From the NCBI GenBank assembly GCA_052144915.1, contig JBKQPS010000178.1:1-61105 (forward strand): 61,105 nt of DNA, given 5' to 3'. This stretch comes from Spirochaetia bacterium (GTDB taxonomy: Bacteria > Spirochaetota > Spirochaetia > SZUA-6 > Fen-1364). This document shows positions 60,000 to 61,105 of the stretch, one piece after another. The number at the start of each line of letters is the position of its first letter. The stretch's first letter is position 1. Under the pieces are notes generated by a model. That model was not told where the DNA came from and searched no databases. It was given only the letters and a program-made list of their open reading frames with translations. Both the position numbers and the translations under genes were made by a program.

Positions 60000-61105
60000 T
60001 CATTTTCCCGTGATGACCTGCGTGCCGGATGCGAAAGCTGCCTCGACGATCTGGCGCTGCTCGCGCTCGTGCCGCGAATGGGAGCCCGTCGCCGGACTTG
60101 CGCTCTCCTCCCTGCCGACATACGCGAGGGTCGTGCGGGGGAACGAGCGCTCGAACATCTCGTGCGCAAAGAACCAGGCACCCCGATTCCGGGGTTCCTC
60201 CTGGACCCAGATCATCTCGGTCACTCCCGCGTAGCTCTTGAAGAGCTCAGCCAGCCGTGGTGCCGGGAACGGGTAGAGCTGCTCGATGCGCAGAATCGCG
60301 GTTGCCGCGTCCTTCACCTCGTCTCGTCTCGCGGACAGCTCATAGTATATCTTCCCGCTGCACAGCACCAGCCTCCGGGGTTTCTTGGGGCGACGGGGAT
60401 CGTCCAGCACCTCCTGGAACGCTTCCCGCGCGAGGTCCGCGATCGGGGAGAGCGCGCGCGGGTGACGAAGCAGGCTCTTGGGGGTCATGACGATGAGGGG
60501 CTTTCGCAGCCTTCGCAGGGCCTGGCGCCGCAGGAGGTGGAAGTACTGCGCCGGGGTCGTGCAGTTGACAACCTGGATGTTGTCGCGCGCGCAGAGGAGG
60601 AGGCACCTCTCCAGGTGCGCGCTGGAATGCTCGGGGCCCTGGCCTTCGAAGCCGTGCGGCAGAAGCAGGACGATCCCGCTCACGGTCCCCCATTTCGCTT
60701 CGCCGCCGGCCACGTAGTTGTCGATGATGACCTGCGCGCCGTTGGAGAAGTCGCCGAACTGGGCCTCCCACATCACCAGGGCGCGCGGCCGTCCGAGGGT
60801 GAACCCGTACTCGAAGGCGAGGATCGAGTACTCGGAAAGCGGGCTGTCGTACACGGAGAACTGGATCTCGGTCGGAGGCACGTGCGTGAGCGGGGTGTAG
60901 GGAAGCGGCAGCCGGGAATCTGTGTCCCACCAGACCAGGTGACGCTGGGAGAAAGTTCCCCGCGCGCTGTCCTGCCCGCTCAGCCGGATGGGCACCCCGT
61001 CCAGGAGAAGAGTGCCAAAGGCCAGCGATTCGGCGAATGCCCAGTCCACCGTCCCGTCTTTGGCCAGGCGCGACGACTTCTCGTCGATGATCCTCTTCAG
61101 CTTGG
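60000..61105 (-). CDS. sucA: 2-oxoglutarate dehydrogenase E1 component, C-terminal part (gene continues beyond the window)
   Basis: The frame is open to the window edge. [29 protein letters not shown] and [10 protein letters not shown] are typical of E1o. Confidence 0.9.
   Translation of the reverse strand, partial: KLKRIIDEKSSRLAKDGTVDWAFAESLAFGTLLLDGVPIRLSGQDSARGTFSQRHLVWWDTDSRLPLPYTPLTHVPPTEIQFSVYDSPLSEYSILAFEYGFTLGRPRALVMWEAQFGDFSNGAQVIIDNYVAGGEAKWGTVSGIVLLLPHGFEGQGPEHSSAHLERCLLLCARDNIQVVNCTTPAQYFHLLRRQALRRLRKPLIVMTPKSLLRHPRALSPIADLAREAFQEVLDDPRRPKKPRRLVLCSGKIYYELSARRDEVKDAATAILRIEQLYPFPAPRLAELFKSYAGVTEMIWVQEEPRNRGAWFFAHEMFERSFPRTTLAYVGREESASPATGSHSRHEREQRQIVEAAFASGTQVITGK

Noticed and set aside
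1-61105. Mobile elements, prophage, integrases, toxin-antitoxin pairs, restriction-modification or other known defence genes.
   Set aside because: I found no transposase, integrase, recombinase, phage structural, reverse transcriptase, nuclease-ATPase defence-type or methylase-endonuclease pairs in any frame. The only methyltransferase (39612..40148) is a small stand-alone class I enzyme without a partner.

Overview
A gene-dense, visibly GC-rich bacterial chromosomal segment. I found no rRNA or tRNA genes, transposases, integrases, phage genes or CRISPR arrays. All calls come from reading the supplied translations and the DNA by eye; no searches were run.

Gene content, in order:
- A YesM/YesN-type sensor kinase and AraC-type regulator with a tandem double sugar-binding lipoprotein.
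- A YtfQ/YtfR/YtfT/YjfF-like sugar ABC transporter.
- galK and a PHP histidinol-phosphatase-like gene.
- acnA.
- A long plus-strand housekeeping run: LolA-like, RodZ-like, rimO, uvrD/pcrA-like, folE2 and a NagB-LmbE fusion.
- Ferredoxin, then rplM-rpsI-recX.
- A two-receiver plus acylphosphatase operon running into glmS and a GlmU-like gene.
- A creatininase / DegT / Hyi-like / YneI-like cluster.
- A tightly coupled four-gene ABC-2 operon containing two unknown envelope proteins.
- A second sugar ABC transporter with a deacetylase-rich locus (two PIG-L, one NodB, one M20).
- A minus-strand sucA-sucB-gltA string.

Worth a second look:
1. Three families of short GC-rich dispersed repeats. One family sits in frame inside rimO, glmS and the GlmU-like gene and is read in different frames. 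Another starts exactly on stop codons and carries conserved 51-nt ATG..TAG units.
2. The ABC-2 operon with two beta-sandwich envelope proteins.
3. The kinase-less REC-REC-acylphosphatase operon.
4. The double periplasmic-binding-domain sensor, whose second half is a paralogue of the neighbouring transporter binding protein.
5. The deacetylase-rich amino-sugar locus.

None of these can be called a proven new system from sequence alone.
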